Assembly: GCA_031835245.2 (NCBI GenBank)
Contig: JAVKOQ020000054.1
Span: 124,001-188,000 of the forward strand
Source of the DNA: Balamuthia mandrillaris
Taxonomy: Eukaryota
Direction of reading: 5' to 3'
Length of the DNA: 64,000 nucleotides
The translations under genes and the position numbers were made by a program. Position 1 is the stretch's first letter. The number at the start of each line of letters is the position of its first letter. The notes under the pieces were generated by a model that was not told where the DNA came from, did not search any database, and saw only the letters and a program-made list of their open reading frames with translations. This document shows positions 43,546 through 56,545 of this stretch, in pieces.

Positions 43546-44934
43546 TTATCTGTTAATAACAGGGAGCTGGGATAGTTCTCCCTTGCAGGCAGCTTCGATG
43601 AACCAGGTACCCAAGGCGTAGACTTGCTCAAACTTGCCGAGGGCGGCTCCCTCTCGCGTGCACGGGAACTTGACTGAGTAGGAATAATCTCTTGCCCCTT
43701 CCATATCAGGTGTGCGGACGACAGTGCCCTCGAAGCCCGCTCCAGGCCCACCTGTTAGCTTCAGCTTGGCACCGACGGAGAGGTCCCATAGCTGAGGAGT
43801 GCTGCCTTCCTTGAGGCGCTTGCCGTTCTGGCTTTTGGTGGCGTAGGGCACCCGGAAGACGTGAGGCTGACCCTCCACGAGGGCCTCCTCCAGCACCTTA
43901 GGCCGGTAGGGCTGCACCCGCACATCCAAGCGCATGTGGAGGGCCAAGAGGAACATGACCTGGTCTATGTTACCAAAGATGCGAAGACTGGCCAGCCGGT
44001 CCAGTTGAGTACGCTGATAACCAATGATGACAGAGCCCAAGCCCTGGCCCTTGCGAACAGCCTTCTTGGCGGGGGTGGACACCATGCGGTCTGCATTCAT
44101 GCCACAGAGGGAGGTGCCCATGGTGAGGGTCAGGTCGGCGGCTTGCTCTTCTTCCAGCATCCAGTTGAAGAGGTCGGTACGAAGGGAACCGCTCATGGGG
44201 ACGACTGGGTTGGAGGGGTCGAACCACGCGCCGTGTATCTCGTTGATGGCGTGCTGAGGGAAGCCTGCCTTTTGGGGGAGGCCATCATGGTTCTGCTGGA
44301 CCCAGTGCTTGAGGCAGCCTGCCCTATGCAGCGCCGCCAGCGTGTAGTGGGCAAAGGTCGGCTCCGCGTCGAGACCGCCGCTGGAGCGTTGTCTGCCAAC
44401 AGCCTCCTTGCCTGTGGCCTTGCTGGCGGCGGACTTGGAGGCGTAGTCGTTGATGCCGCTGGAGGTGGAGATGCCAGCTCCTGTGTAGGCCACGCAGTGC
44501 TGCGCAGAGCGAAGCAGCCGTGCCAGCGTGGCAATCTTGAGGTTGAGGGTGGCAGGTTCGTCCACATACTCGTGCGCTTTCATGGACTTGTAGCCGGGTC
44601 GTGCCTCTTCCTCGCAGTAGGTCACGAGCAGGGGAGCAGCCCAGCCTTTGCCTACACCCAGGTGCCCATGCATCTCCGCTTCAGGCACCTCCTCTTCCAT
44701 TCGTTTGGCGGTGTTGTCCTGCTTCTTGTGCTTGCTTTGTTTTCTAGTTGACTTGTAAAAGGCAGCCAGAGCGGGAAACTGCTCCTTGAACTCAGCGGCT
44801 TCCAGCCATGAAAGGGTTTCCTCCTCTTCCTTTTGTTCGTTCTCAGTGCCGCTATCCACCTGCTTCTCTCCTTCCTCTTCTTCCTCCCCGCCCAGGAGAA
44901 AGTCTGACAATCGGCCGATTAGACCTTTCTTCAT
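43546..44934 (-). CDS. Sirtuin (SIR2 family, SIRT6/7-like motifs); intronless; lacks the Zn-binding Cys pairs
   Basis: YTGAGISTSSGINDY, AEPTFAHYTL, QQNHDGLPQKAG, EIHG, MGTSL, RTQLDRLASLRIFG. Confidence 0.9.
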   Translation of the reverse strand: MKKGLIGRLSDFLLGGEEEEEGEKQVDSGTENEQKEEEETLSWLEAAEFKEQFPALAAFYKSTRKQSKHKKQDNTAKRMEEEVPEAEMHGHLGVGKGWAAPLLVTYCEEEARPGYKSMKAHEYVDEPATLNLKIATLARLLRSAQHCVAYTGAGISTSSGINDYASKSAASKATGKEAVGRQRSSGGLDAEPTFAHYTLAALHRAGCLKHWVQQNHDGLPQKAGFPQHAINEIHGAWFDPSNPVVPMSGSLRTDLFNWMLEEEQAADLTLTMGTSLCGMNADRMVSTPAKKAVRKGQGLGSVIIGYQRTQLDRLASLRIFGNIDQVMFLLALHMRLDVRVQPYRPKVLEEALVEGQPHVFRVPYATKSQNGKRLKEGSTPQLWDLSVGAKLKLTGGPGAGFEGTVVRTPDMEGARDYSYSVKFPCTREGAALGKFEQVYALGTWFIEAACKGELSQLPVINR

Positions 44935-45509
44935 GTTGTCGTTTGCGTGTGCTAGCTCTTGTGTTAGCTCTTTGTTTTCTTGCTTGTTGGATGTCGTTTC
45001 CAGTTATGTCCTTGCTTGCCCTTTTCTTGGCATTAAAGGGGGGAGGTTGCCGTTCCGCGAAGCGGCAGCATGTTCACCTCTTTTTGTTTGAGTTGACGCG
45101 TTGTTGCGAAGATCTTATTTTCACTAAAAAGCTCATGCCCTTTGGCCTGCGCGTGATGTCAGAGGCACCTACGTGGCGCGCGTTGACCGCAGAGGGAAAG
45201 GCCGATAGGCGCAATCCTGCGGCGCTACAGCTACTCAAACATTGCATCGAGTTATGATTTCCACCAAGGTAAAACTACCTCCACAGAAGACCTACAAAAC
45301 CACACCTAATGTTCCAACACCTAAATGTCGTCCTTCTCCCCCTTGCTCTTCTTTCTCTCTCTTCTCCATTCATTGCACATTGCTCAATCCTTTTGGTCAC
45401 TTTCCGTGGAGGGGTAATATTTGTGGGCGGTAACCCTTTTTGATTTATTTTTTTTGTAAAAGTTGAGATACATACACGACCACCACAAACTACAGGAATG
45501 TTGTTGTCT

Positions 45510-46494
45510 TTACTTAACGAGTTCAGGATACTTGGTGGTGAGGTGCTCCAGGATGGTATTCACAGCGTGACAGGCTCCCTCGATGTGGCTGTCCCACAGG
45601 TGAAGAGGTCCTCCCTCTGTTTTAACAACCACAAACTTAGTAAGTAAAAATATCACCTCACATCATCTTGCCCCAGAAAGAGGGACCCAGGAGGCGCAGA
45701 GTGGGTTACCGTTCTCGAATTGGATGAGTTTGTCAATCTGGTCAATGCTTCCCTTCATACGGCCCTCAACCATCATGCGGGCTGCCACTTGCTCTGCCTT
45801 CTCGGGCGAAATCTCTAGCAAAGAGCCAAGTTCCTCAAAGGTGATGTTATTGTAGATTTTGCTGCAGGAAAGAAGGTTGTGTTCGATAACGGCTCGTTCT
45901 AATACTGTAGAGCCATCTCCAAGTAGCGCCATTTGGTGGTCTTTGAGTCCACTGGCAAACTTTTGAACCTCGGGCTTCCTCAACACGCGCTCCAAATACC
46001 TAGGTAGGTATTATGAAAGCAGCTAAGTATTTTGATGGTTGAGAGAGAAAGAGAGAAAACTTACATCTTCTCTAGGATATCGTGAACGTCAATTTTGGAA
46101 GTACGCTCATCTTTGAAGAGGGTGGCAAGAACACGGGAACGGGAAGGGCCAGCACTGGCGAGGATGGCACAGGTGACGGCAGCCTTGAGGGCATCCATCC
46201 TTTCTTTCTCACCGAGGATCTGCGAAAGTTCGTAGTAGCGAAGGGAGGCCTCGATGAACTTCCTCTTGTGGTCCAACAGGCGAGCGAAACAGACTTTGTA
46301 GCGTAGTTGGAGGACCGGATCCTTGCAACCATGCACCAACACGGCTGCACGGTTAATGTATGTGTCAGCCATCACTGCTTCTTCTTCTTCTAGGTAGAGT
46401 TGTGCAATTTTGACGTAGATGTTAACCTTGTATTCGTTGTCCACCAAACTGAAATCCACCAAGTCAGTACAGTCATGAACGACAAGGAGAAGGG

Positions 46495-46530
<36 letters not shown>

Positions 46531-47205
46531 GAAAAAAGTTTCAGACAGCTCCAATAGATTTTGATAACATTTCAAACAACCAGTAAGTTGCGTTTGGTTG
46601 TTCTTCTAATGCGTATTTGAGTTCATCATAACAGAATATTTGCCAGCTTTCAACACTTGCAAAAAAAAGAAAGGGAAGAGGACTCAAAAAGAAGAGAGAA
46701 GGGAGAGAAAAGGAGTACCGATTGCCAGAGTCAAGAGGGATGGCCCGCAGAATGTCCGCAGCTTGCACAAAGTCTTCATCTTCCTCATAAACCTGGGCCA
46801 AAAACTCTCTAATGATGGAGACTTGCTCCTCAAAAGGCAACACGCGGGGCTGCATCTTCTCCAAAGCATAGTGGGCGATTTCTTTGTGAGCTTCGGGAGG
46901 AAGGACTTGGCTCTCCTCTGCTACGTTGTCCTTAAGCTGGAGGGCGAAAGTCTGCAAGATCTGCCTGGAGATGACAAGGGCGGTGTCCTCAGCCACCACT
47001 GTGGTAATGAAGGCCGTTAGAAAGGCTATGACGGAACAAGGTGGCAACAGTAAAACAAAGGAAACTCACTGTGATCGATCAACTCTTTGAGGCCCTCCAC
47101 ATTTTTCGCTTGAAAGAGCTCGGCGAGGAGGTCCTTGTAGTTTTGTATCCTAGTCTTCTGGTCAGCGATGCCCGCTATTTCGCCAATCTGTCTGGAAATG
47201 CTCAT
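45510..47205 (-). CDS. COPS4: COP9 signalosome subunit 4
   Basis: [73 protein letters not shown]. Confidence 0.95.
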
Positions 47206-47559
47206 TGCCGCAACGTGTGCCCCTTGTTGTTGTTGCAGAAGGAAGAAGTCCTTTGGAGTGTGTGTGTGTGTGTGTGTAACCCCCACAAAAAAAACACGGG
47301 CAGTGGCCTCTTTCTCTGAAGAATAGGGCTTGAGGGGGCAACAACCCCCTAAACCTAGCTCTCGCCAACGCAACCCTAACCTTGCCGCCGGATCGAACTT
47401 CAGATCAACAGAAAGGTGGGACCCACCCACCTTATTCTTATTCTCGAGAATAAAACCCAAGTCGTGTTGTGCAGGGAGTAATATCCTCTTGCTCTCTACT
47501 GCCTCATCACCACTACTACCCCCCTCCCTATCGCCTGTTACTCTCCGCTGCTGTCTGCC

Positions 47560-49296
47560 ATGTTGAAAGGAAGAGGGACTTACGCTTGTGCCTCGCTGGG
47601 AAGCACGCTGTGCCACAAGCCTGTTCTCAGCCGGTCTTATGCCGCCCCTGCCGCTTCGCAGGCACGCTTACAGCCATTGGCGCTCTCCACTCCTGTTAAA
47701 CGGGGCGTGGTTCTCTCACTAACCACAAGTGCTTTTTTGTTCCAGGCTCTGAAGCGAACCGCGTTGCATGACTTACACCAAGAGCTTGGAGCCAAGATGG
47801 TGCCGTTTTGCGGGTGGGACATGCCCATTCAATACACTCACAGCATTACCGAGTCACACGTCCACACTCGCACTAGAGCTGGCCTCTTTGATGTTTCTCA
47901 CATGGGTCAACTTAAGCACGTTTTTCTTCACCCTTTCTTTCGTTCAGGGGGTGGTCACCCCCAAGCGACTAACAAAACAACGAAACAGGTTGACAGGAAA
48001 GGATAGAATAGCATTCTTGGAGAGTTTGGTGGTTGGAGACTTGGAGGGCTTACAACAGGACCAAGCCCGTCTTTCTCTGTTCACCAACGAAAAGGGAGGT
48101 ATCAAGGACGACACTGTCATAAGCAAGGGTCAAGACCACCTCTATGTTGTCATAAACGCAGGTTGCGCCGACAAGGACATTGCGCACCTCCGCCAACACC
48201 TTGCTGCCTTTAGGGACAAAGGTGGCGACGTGCAAATGGAGGTCCTCACTGACCACTCCCTACTTGCTTTGCAAGGTACTCCTCTAATTGTGGTTGTGGT
48301 TGTGGTTGTGGTTGTGGTTGTGGTTGTGGTTGTGGTTGTGGTTGTGGTTGTGGTTGTGGTTGTGGCTGGCTTCTAAATCAGAAAAAATCCATTCCATTTT
48401 CATTGTTTGAAATGAAAAGGCCCAGAAGCCGCCAAAGTGCTATCCCAGTTTGTTTCTGGGGATTTGTCACAGTTGAAATTCATGCATGGCAAACCTATGC
48501 CTGTCAACGGTATTAAGGACTGCCGCGTGACACGTTGTGGCTACACGGGGGAAGACGGCTTTGAGGTTTGTTTTGTGACCTTAGTACTAAGTTGTAGTTG
48601 TCTCCTTTAACCTTTTCCTTATTCTTTCGAAAGGTTTCAGTGCCTTCTAAACACATTGTTAACTTCGCACGACAATTGTTGGCCAATGAAGCGGTGATGC
48701 CTGTTGGTTTGGCAGCTAGGGACAGTCTCCGTTTGGAGGCAGGACTTTGCCTTTATGGTAATGACATTGACGAAGACACAACCCCCGTTGAGGCAGCTCT
48801 TACTTGGACCATTGGTTCGTCATCTGTTCTCCTGTTTCTTCTCACCTCTCATGTCACATTGCTGACCCTATATTTGTTCGTGTTTGGCACAATGCAGGAA
48901 AGAGAAGACGACAAGAGGGTGGGTTTCCTGGCGCTGATATTATCTTGAAACAAATGAAGGAGGGAGTATCTCGGAAGCGTGTAGGTTTTGTACTCGAGGA
49001 AGGCATTGCCAGAGGTGTCTATCCCTTTTCTTGCTGTCTCGCATTCTCTTCTCTTTTGTCTCACCTCAACATCAACAGCACATGCTCCCATTTTCGCCAA
49101 AGAAGATGATAAGGAGATAGGACTGGTTACAAGCGGAGGATTCGGACCTTCTCTGAGGAAAGCGATAGCGATGGGTTATGTGCCCTCCGAACTGGCGCAA
49201 CCAGGTAGCCCCGTTCGCATCTCTGTGCGCAAAAACATGTTCCCGGCCACCGTTTCCAAAATGCCATTCCTCCCGTCTGGCTACTACAAGCCCTGA
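47560..49296 (+). CDS. AMT: Glycine cleavage system T protein (aminomethyltransferase), mitochondrial
   Basis: Presequence-like N-terminus; [71 protein letters not shown]. Confidence 0.97.
48290..48365. repeat. (GTGGTT)n intronic microsatellite
   Basis: About 12 perfect units. Confidence 0.95.
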
Positions 49297-49493
49297 AACT
49301 TTGGTTGTACTTGTTTTCTTTCTTTCTGTCGTATCACGATCATATGTGGCCATCTTTTTTCTCTGCTCTCCTTGTTCTTCCTTCCTTCCCTCACTACAAG
49401 CAAGATAAGGCATAGAGACGCGATGGAACGAAACATACGAACCATGAGCGAAGAAAAGCTTTTCTGAAGGGCAAATAAGAAGGAAAACATACA

Positions 49494-51770
49494 CTAAAGA
49501 CCTCCATCCTCTCCAATACTGCGACTATCACCGCTGTGAGACAAAAAAGCAGCAGTGGATTGCTTTGTTGGTGTTGTTGGAGAAGCAGAGGAAGTAGAAG
49601 GAACGGAAGAGCCAAACCGACGACCAAACATCTTTTGGTCAACGGCAAGAATGTCATCCGGCAAGCGAAGGAAAGAGGGATCTATAGCAGGACGAAGTCC
49701 TGATAGACTCTCTACAAACTGCAAACTTCGGCTGAGTTTTGTGCAGAGGAGAGGAGTGAGCGCTGTCACTACCATCTTCAACAAAAATGTTGGATGCACC
49801 ACGTAGAATTTTCTCAATGTTTGGCTATACTTTTGCTCGAAGAGGGCGTGCAATCGCCGAAGCCAGTTGAGGTCTGGTTGTTGTTGCTTCGTCATGTTGG
49901 TGTGCAGGTACACAACGTTATAGTCCCGTTTGGTGGCTATTGGATGGAGTACTTGAATAATATACAAAAGTACTCTTTCTTGAAGTTGAGGATTGGGTGG
50001 CATTCTGTTTATTTTAAAAATGTTAACTTCCTTTGGGGGGGGGGATACTAAAATAAAACAAATGGATAGGTTCTTACCTGTTGCCAATAAACACAAGGAG
50101 AGGAAAACCTCGCGCGTCCTCTCCGGCGTTGTACATAATATTCAAGCGAGATATATCGGAAAGATCAGTGCTCTCAGTAGAGGCCCACAATGCATCGTAT
50201 ACACGGTCTTGTGGGGAGCGTGCCACCTCGGCTGCTTCTACCTTCTCTTCTCGCAGTTTGTCAGGATCCTCCTGTTTGGGAGATTTTTGCATTAGCATTA
50301 TCACTTACGACTCGACAAAGCATTTAGGAGGAAAGGAAACGAACCAACATGTTGGTAAGAGCCAAGATTTCCTCCTTCCGGTATCCCAGAAATTCTTCAT
50401 CGACGCTCTCATCTTCTCCTTCTGCATTGTAGCACCGGCTATCCTCTTCTTCCTCCACTTCGTGTTCTCCCACCTCTTCTTCTGTTTCTCCTTTCTCTTC
50501 AGAAGTGACCGGAAAGGCTACAATTCGTATCTTCCTCTCTTCTATTGACGTTTCTCCAAGAGCGTTACCGGTATCAGCGGGCAAAAGCACTTTAGCCAGC
50601 TGCTCTTCTTCTTTTGTTCTTGGAAAGTAGAGCGGAAGGACATTGGAATAAAGCTCTAGGTCGTCATCGTTGTCCATGCAAAACACCACTCGTCCCACAT
50701 ATTGAGGATACCGCTCCATAAACCGGCGCACGGTTCCTGTTAATAAGACGAAAAGAGTTAGTGACCTGCTATGACCAAAACCTAATATGCGGAGGAGCAG
50801 GTACGAATGGCAATGTGCGCTGCATTGCTTGGAGGAAATAGTCGTCGCTTCAAGTTGATAACACTGAAGGCAATGCTTTCCAACTGGTTTTCCGCCATCA
50901 ACTGAAGGCAATTGCGGTAGCACTAAAACAGCAACAAGCATATTATCAAAAAGGGACCACGTAAGTTCTCATTTCTTATAAAAACACAGCTATCCTCAAC
51001 GTACACTGTGTAACGCATTCTCTGCTGCTGTTACATATTTATCATTGTAGCGCGGACCAACCGTGTGTATTATGTTGCTTTAAAGCAGTCCTTAGCACCC
51101 ATGGATAGGAGGCTCGTCAGAGAGGAGAGGGGAGAGATACCTCGCAGGAAGATCAAAGGCTGGTGTTATTTTGGCCTCGCCAGAACGACAACCCTCCAGC
51201 CGTGAAACCACTTCAATGAGGTTGGGTCCTGCAATCTTGAACAGGCGGTCATTCAAAGGATTTTGCTCTGTGAAGGTCTCGTTGGTGGAGTGAACTGTTT
51301 GAGTTTAGTTTTTTTTTTGTGGATATATGGTATTGTGAGTGGTGGTGTTGAAAAGAAGCACCAAAAAAAGCAGGGGTTAGTACCGATGGCACCCACTCTT
51401 AAGCTACACAAGTCTCCTCTCCTATCGTTGGTTTGTCAGAAGATGAAGAGAAACAGTGAAAAAGAAGGAAAAAGGAGGAACAGGGAGGAGGGCAAAAAAG
51501 AGAACATGAAAAACAAAGAAACATAAACCAGAGGAGGAAATGGCACGGGTGCGAAAACAAAAAAAAGAAGAGAAAGAGAACCATAGGCTAAGCTTCAGGT
51601 TGAGCGGGAGAGAGAACGGAAAGCGAGAGGGCTTGCGGAGAGCAGGGTGGTCAGCGTGCTCGGAAATGCCCTGCAAAGCAGGGCTGGAGTGGTGGCTGGT
51701 CTGTTGCTGCCAACAAGGCAGCTCCTCCACTGAGTACACTTTATCCATGTGGCTATTATGTTTGTGCATC
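49494..51770 (-). CDS. GDAP2: GDAP2-like protein (macro domain plus CRAL-TRIO/BCH domain); start approximate
   Basis: CRSGEAKIT, IHTVGPRYNDKYVTAAENAL, TVRRFMERY, LPLYFPRTKEEE, GNALGETSIEERKIRI, LRKFYVVHPTF. Confidence 0.9.
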
Positions 51771-52595
51771 GTGCTTCTGGTGTGCTTTCCCACCTCTGTC
51801 ACCGTTCTTACTTCTTCGTTTTCGCTGTTGTGACAAAAAGTTGCACTCTCTTTCCAACAACGTGCGTTTGCTTGTTGTTGCGTTTTTCGTTTGAAGCGGG
51901 GGGCAGTAGTTCAGTTGGTGGGTGGCACGGCCGCAGGGCGATTGATTGAGGGCCTTCCCCGCACCACCGCTCCTCTCTGCAGAGTCTTTCAGAGGAGAAG
52001 CCAACCAAATCCCAACGAAGAGACAGACCTGTCTCTCCTCTGCAAAGCGCCACACACCTAACCAACGCGCAATGGTTTGGTGTGGCAGTGGTCCTTGTCG
52101 ACACTGATTTTTCCCGCTGAAAGTCAGCGGGGAAGCGGAGGACTTTTTTGTTGCCCTTTTATCCCTTGCCATTTCTTTTCAGTCAACCAGGGCTTTCCCT
52201 TTCTTGGGTGAAGTCCTAACCGCTAACCCTAACCTAAACCGGCTGCAGGTCTCCCAAAGAATAGCACGGCTGCGGCTGCTACTGCTTGCCAACAACCACC
52301 GCCCCCAAAAAGAAAGACAGAGAAAAAAGCCCCCCATACATAAGAGAAGCCCTCATACATAAGAGAGTGGGAGGGGTTAGTGGCTGAACAGTTTGGTTCT
52401 TTTTTTTGCAAAGCAGTGCACCTCACTACGGACCACCACCACCGCTACTGTTTAATCGAACAACAGCGCTTGCTTGCCTCTGTCGCTTCTACAGCACTTT
52501 TGTTGGCTGCTCTTCAAGATAAACACAGAAAGTGGCAGCACCCTCTCCGCTGGTCTTAGTCTACCCAAAACAAAGAACAAGCAGAAGAGTAAAGG

Positions 52596-55063
52596 ATGGA
52601 CTCACCCGATTGGAGGCGAGACACGTCTCCTCCTCCCCCTTCAACGCCCAGCCCTGGCTCGCAACACCAGCGACCGCTCCCTGCTGCCAAGTCTCCTCGC
52701 TCCAGCCTCCCGCTGGAGCTGGAGCTGGACCAAAGTGCCGCCTGCTTCCAGACCATCTGCGTCGCTGATCCAGCGGAGCGAGCGGAGGCTTTGGAGAGCT
52801 TGCTCCAGTTCCTGCGCGACCAGGGAAATACCGAGAAAGGCAAGATGTTTCTTCGCTCGCAACTTCCACGCATGGTGCGGCTAAGCTGCCAGTGCCCCTT
52901 TCCTGATGTCCGTGAAGCCTTTGCTGAGCTACTCAAGTTTTGCAGTGAGGTTCTATTTCGCTACTGCTCTCTCTGCTCTCTGCTCTCTGCTCTCTGCTCT
53001 CTGCTCTCTGCTCTCTGCTCTCTGCTCTCTGCTCTCTGCTCTCTGCTCTCTGCTCTCTGCTCTCCTCCCTCTGCTCTCTGCTCTCTGCTCTCTGCTCTCT
53101 GCTCTCTGCTCTCTGCTCTCGTTCTCTCCTCTCTCGTCTCCGGTCTCCCTTCGCCACTGTTGTCTCTACTCTCTTATGGTTGCGCTGTAACGGAATCGAG
53201 GTGCGGACTAACTCTGACCTCACAAAGGAGCTGCATATGGAGTTGCCACGATGGCATGGGGTTAGCGCGTTTGTGGATGAAAAGGAGCTTGTTCCGCTTG
53301 ATTCTGATGATGAGCTCACTCAAAGACTATTTGCAGAGATCTTTGTGCAAAGTGGGCGGCTGCCTCACTTCCTGCGGGTGCTGGCATGGCATGGGGGTTT
53401 CTTGGAAAGGTTCTATCAGACATACTCGCTTGTGATGACGGCGTCAGGTCCTTTGCAGCTGCACATACGCAGCTACATAGCGATAATGGCGGCTAGCCAG
53501 TATGAGTGCCTCTATCTTGTTCGTCTCATGGAGCAAGACTATCTTGCCAATGGTGGAGACCCTGCTTGGCTTGCTGGCATTTCCTACATCCCTAAAAAAT
53601 TGGTTTGTTGCTTCCTTCCTTTGTGTGAAGCTTCTGTTTGGCTTGTCCCGTTTCATATGAGCGTGCAAAGTGACCAACTTTTCGTATCCCTTAGGCCTCC
53701 TTGTTGGAAATTAATTGCTTGCTCGCACATCAACCGTGGCTTCTCAAGAAAGACCACATTGCAGTTTCGTTCTTTCTCTCCCTTTTTCGTGCTCTCTTTC
53801 TTCTTGTTCTTGTTCTTCCGCATTCCCTTCATTGTTTCTCACTGCAACGCTGTGACAATTTGCCGGAATCAATAGAAAGTAGCCAAGGGGGCTGATGCCT
53901 GGTCGATAGGGGAGCTGGTGCATGCCCTTGTTATTATGTCGACATTCCGCTTCATGGCAGGCGTCGTGTTTGGTTGTGGTATACTTCCAGAGTTAGATAT
54001 GAACGTAGAAGAGACCATCAACTTAGAGGATCTGCGAGGTACATCATTCCACTCCCTTGTTGAGACACTGCCAACCACCTTTTTCCTGATATTTGCCATA
54101 CAATAGCATCAGCTAAACCTGACATCAGAATGTCAGAGGAGCTTGCCAAAGTGGTCAGTGCCTTGACTGGCAGCAAGAACTCAAGTGAACAGGATGAGGA
54201 GGACCAGCCACAATCACAGAGGCTTGTTTTTGAGAACGCGGCCATGAACGGTTTGTAAAACTTCTACATATGGCAGAGGTCGCATCAGGAAATTACTAAC
54301 CGCGCAACCACCATCCACAGAAGAAGAAGGTGCAGCGACCAAAGCAGCAAGTGAGGAGGCTCCGCGTGAAGATAAACGAACGGCGATTACCGGAGAGAAT
54401 AGCAGTGCATATGTACAGAAATATGTGGGTGAGTTTAAGGGGCATCACGTGGACTTCGATGTTCGGTCCAAGGATTATTCCGTCTTTCATGTCCAATACT
54501 ACAGTTGGAAGGAGCATGGCTACGCTCTAGTCAGCCGCTTCTTTGCCGATGTGGCTCCGTTGCTTGATGACGAATTTGATTACATCTATTATATGACTGA
54601 CCGCTCGTATGCTATTCTCTTCGTTCTCTCCTCTCCAAACCAAACATACTGAACAACGATCTCATCCAATGTAGGATCGCGAGCCACGTCAATGTGGACA
54701 CGAGCCCCTTCCGAGAGGCTGTATGGTATTACGTTCATCGCATCAACGGCTTGCTGCACGCCGACTATGACTATCGAAATGTACATTATCCCTGTTTAGC
54801 AGCCCCTCTCTTTATGGTGTTTCTTATCACTAAATGGCATTTGTTTTTGTCCTCAGGTAAACCTGTATCTAAACCGGTCCATAAAGCATTTTGCCAAAAA
54901 GGCATCATGCTCTCCGAAAACCATAACCTACAACGATTTTGTGAATATCGGGTTGGACCTGCGAGCAGACGAGAAGTGCCATGTAAGCCTGCTGGCCGCC
55001 GAAGCTGCACGACAAGCCGAGCTACTCTATGGCCTCTATGCTGTTATGCAGTTTATGACATAG
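52596..55063 (+). CDS. SESN: Sestrin
   Basis: RLSCQCPFPDVREAF, GPLQLHIRSYIAIMAASQYECLYLV, LLAHQPWLL, WSIGELVHALVIM, YSWKEHGY, EKCHVSLLAAEAARQAELLYGL. Confidence 0.95.
52963..53120. repeat. (CTCTGCT)n intronic heptamer repeat
   Basis: Tandem ctctgct units in sestrin intron 1. Confidence 0.9.
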
Positions 55064-55254
55064 ACACACAACGAAACCAAAAACAAAACAAACATCTCCT
55101 CTTCTCTCTTTCAATCCATTTTTTCTATTTCAAATTTTCGTTGTTGTCTTATGTTGTTGTTTATGTTGTTATTGTGGTTGTTGTTTATGTTGTTATTGTG
55201 GTTGTTGTTCATCTACAAAGGAAAGGCAAATTGAGAAAAAGTGTCTTCTTTCCA

Positions 55255-55318
55255 ACCATCCATCCATCCATCCATCCATCCATCCATCCATCCATCCATC
55301 CATCCATCCATCCATCCA
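55255..55318. repeat. (CATC)n microsatellite
   Basis: Perfect tetranucleotide run between convergent 3' ends. Confidence 0.95.
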
Positions 55319-55487
55319 CATCGTCCCATAAATACTGTACTATAATACCAGCTAGGGTGTCTAGCACCACCATCGACCCATCAAACCAATGTTGATGATG
55401 ATGTTTTAAGAAAACGGTGCACAGCGCAGCGGTAGCGTTTGAACGGTGCAGAGGGGAAGGGAAGAAAGGAAGAAGGGAAGAAGGCTT

Positions 55488-56545
55488 TCACCAACCGCGA
55501 TGTGGCACAGGAGGGCCACCGGGAGGACCACCACGAGGAGGAAGAGCAGGGCCTCGATTTGCCGAGGGGGGAGGTACAGCAGGGCTTCCTCGCCCTCTTC
55601 CTCCTGCCATCGGTGGCGGGCCACCCATCGCAGGAGGTGGTATGCCTCGTCCTCGTCCGCCTACTGCTGGAGGGGGTGCTCTTGGGCTTATGGAGGGAGG
55701 AACGGCGGGCGAAGCTCTTGGGCTGACGGGAGGAGGGCCTCCTATTGGTGGTGGTCCTCTTGGGCTTGGTGAGGGAGGAATAGCTCTGGTGGCCGCCGGG
55801 GGTGTGCTTACAGGAGGCGGTATGCCTCGTCCTCGGCCACCCGGTGGCGAAACCATGGGTGGGGGCACGGCTGCTCCACGACCACCTCCTCCTGGCACCG
55901 AAGGAGAGGGACGACCAGGTATGGCAGGGGCTCCCCCACTTCCTCCTGGCGCTGGTGGAGAGGGTCGACCAGGAATAGCAGGAGCGCCTCCACCTCCTCT
56001 TCCTACTGGTCCTCCTGGCGAAGGTCGTCCTGGAATGACGGGTCCTGCGGAGGGCGGACTGGGAAAGCCGCCTGGTCTTTGAGCAACTGCATGTGTCAAA
56101 CAACAGTTGTTTATTCAGGTTAGCAAAGAAGTGCAGTCTGGTGTTGCGGGCAGGGAACAAAGAGAGAAAGGAGGAGATCAAAAGGCAAAAAAGGTTTACC
56201 TCTGGAGGGAGGAGCAGGGCCGCCGGGCCGCACTGGCGCTGGCGGTCCACCACCCATGCCCATGCCACCGCCTCCTGCCTTTGGCTTTTCTGCATCCAAA
56301 CAAACACGCGTGTTGTTAGAAAAAGTGGGCAAAGAGAGGAGAAAGAGGGAGCAAAGATTTAGAGAAAAGGAACCGAGAATAGGAGCGCTTCTGTCGTTGG
56401 TCACAGCCTTTTTGAGACGAGCGCCCTTCTCAATGCTGCTCAGGAGGTCTTTGCGGCCCTTGGTGGCTGGCGGTGGTTTGAAATTGGAGGGATCAGGAGG
56501 GGGTGGTGGCCCCATCAAACCAGGCGGTGGTGGTCCGAAATTCAT
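55488..56545 (-). CDS. WIP/verprolin-like WH2 actin-binding proline-rich protein
   Basis: N-terminal polyproline; WH2 GRKDLLSSIEKGARLKKAVTNDRSAP; Pro/Gly-rich exons. Confidence 0.85.

Noticed and set aside
48290..48365. Interstitial telomere or poly-Val coding segment
   Set aside because: The unit is GTGGTT, not TTAGGG, and it lies in a GT-AG intron of AMT.
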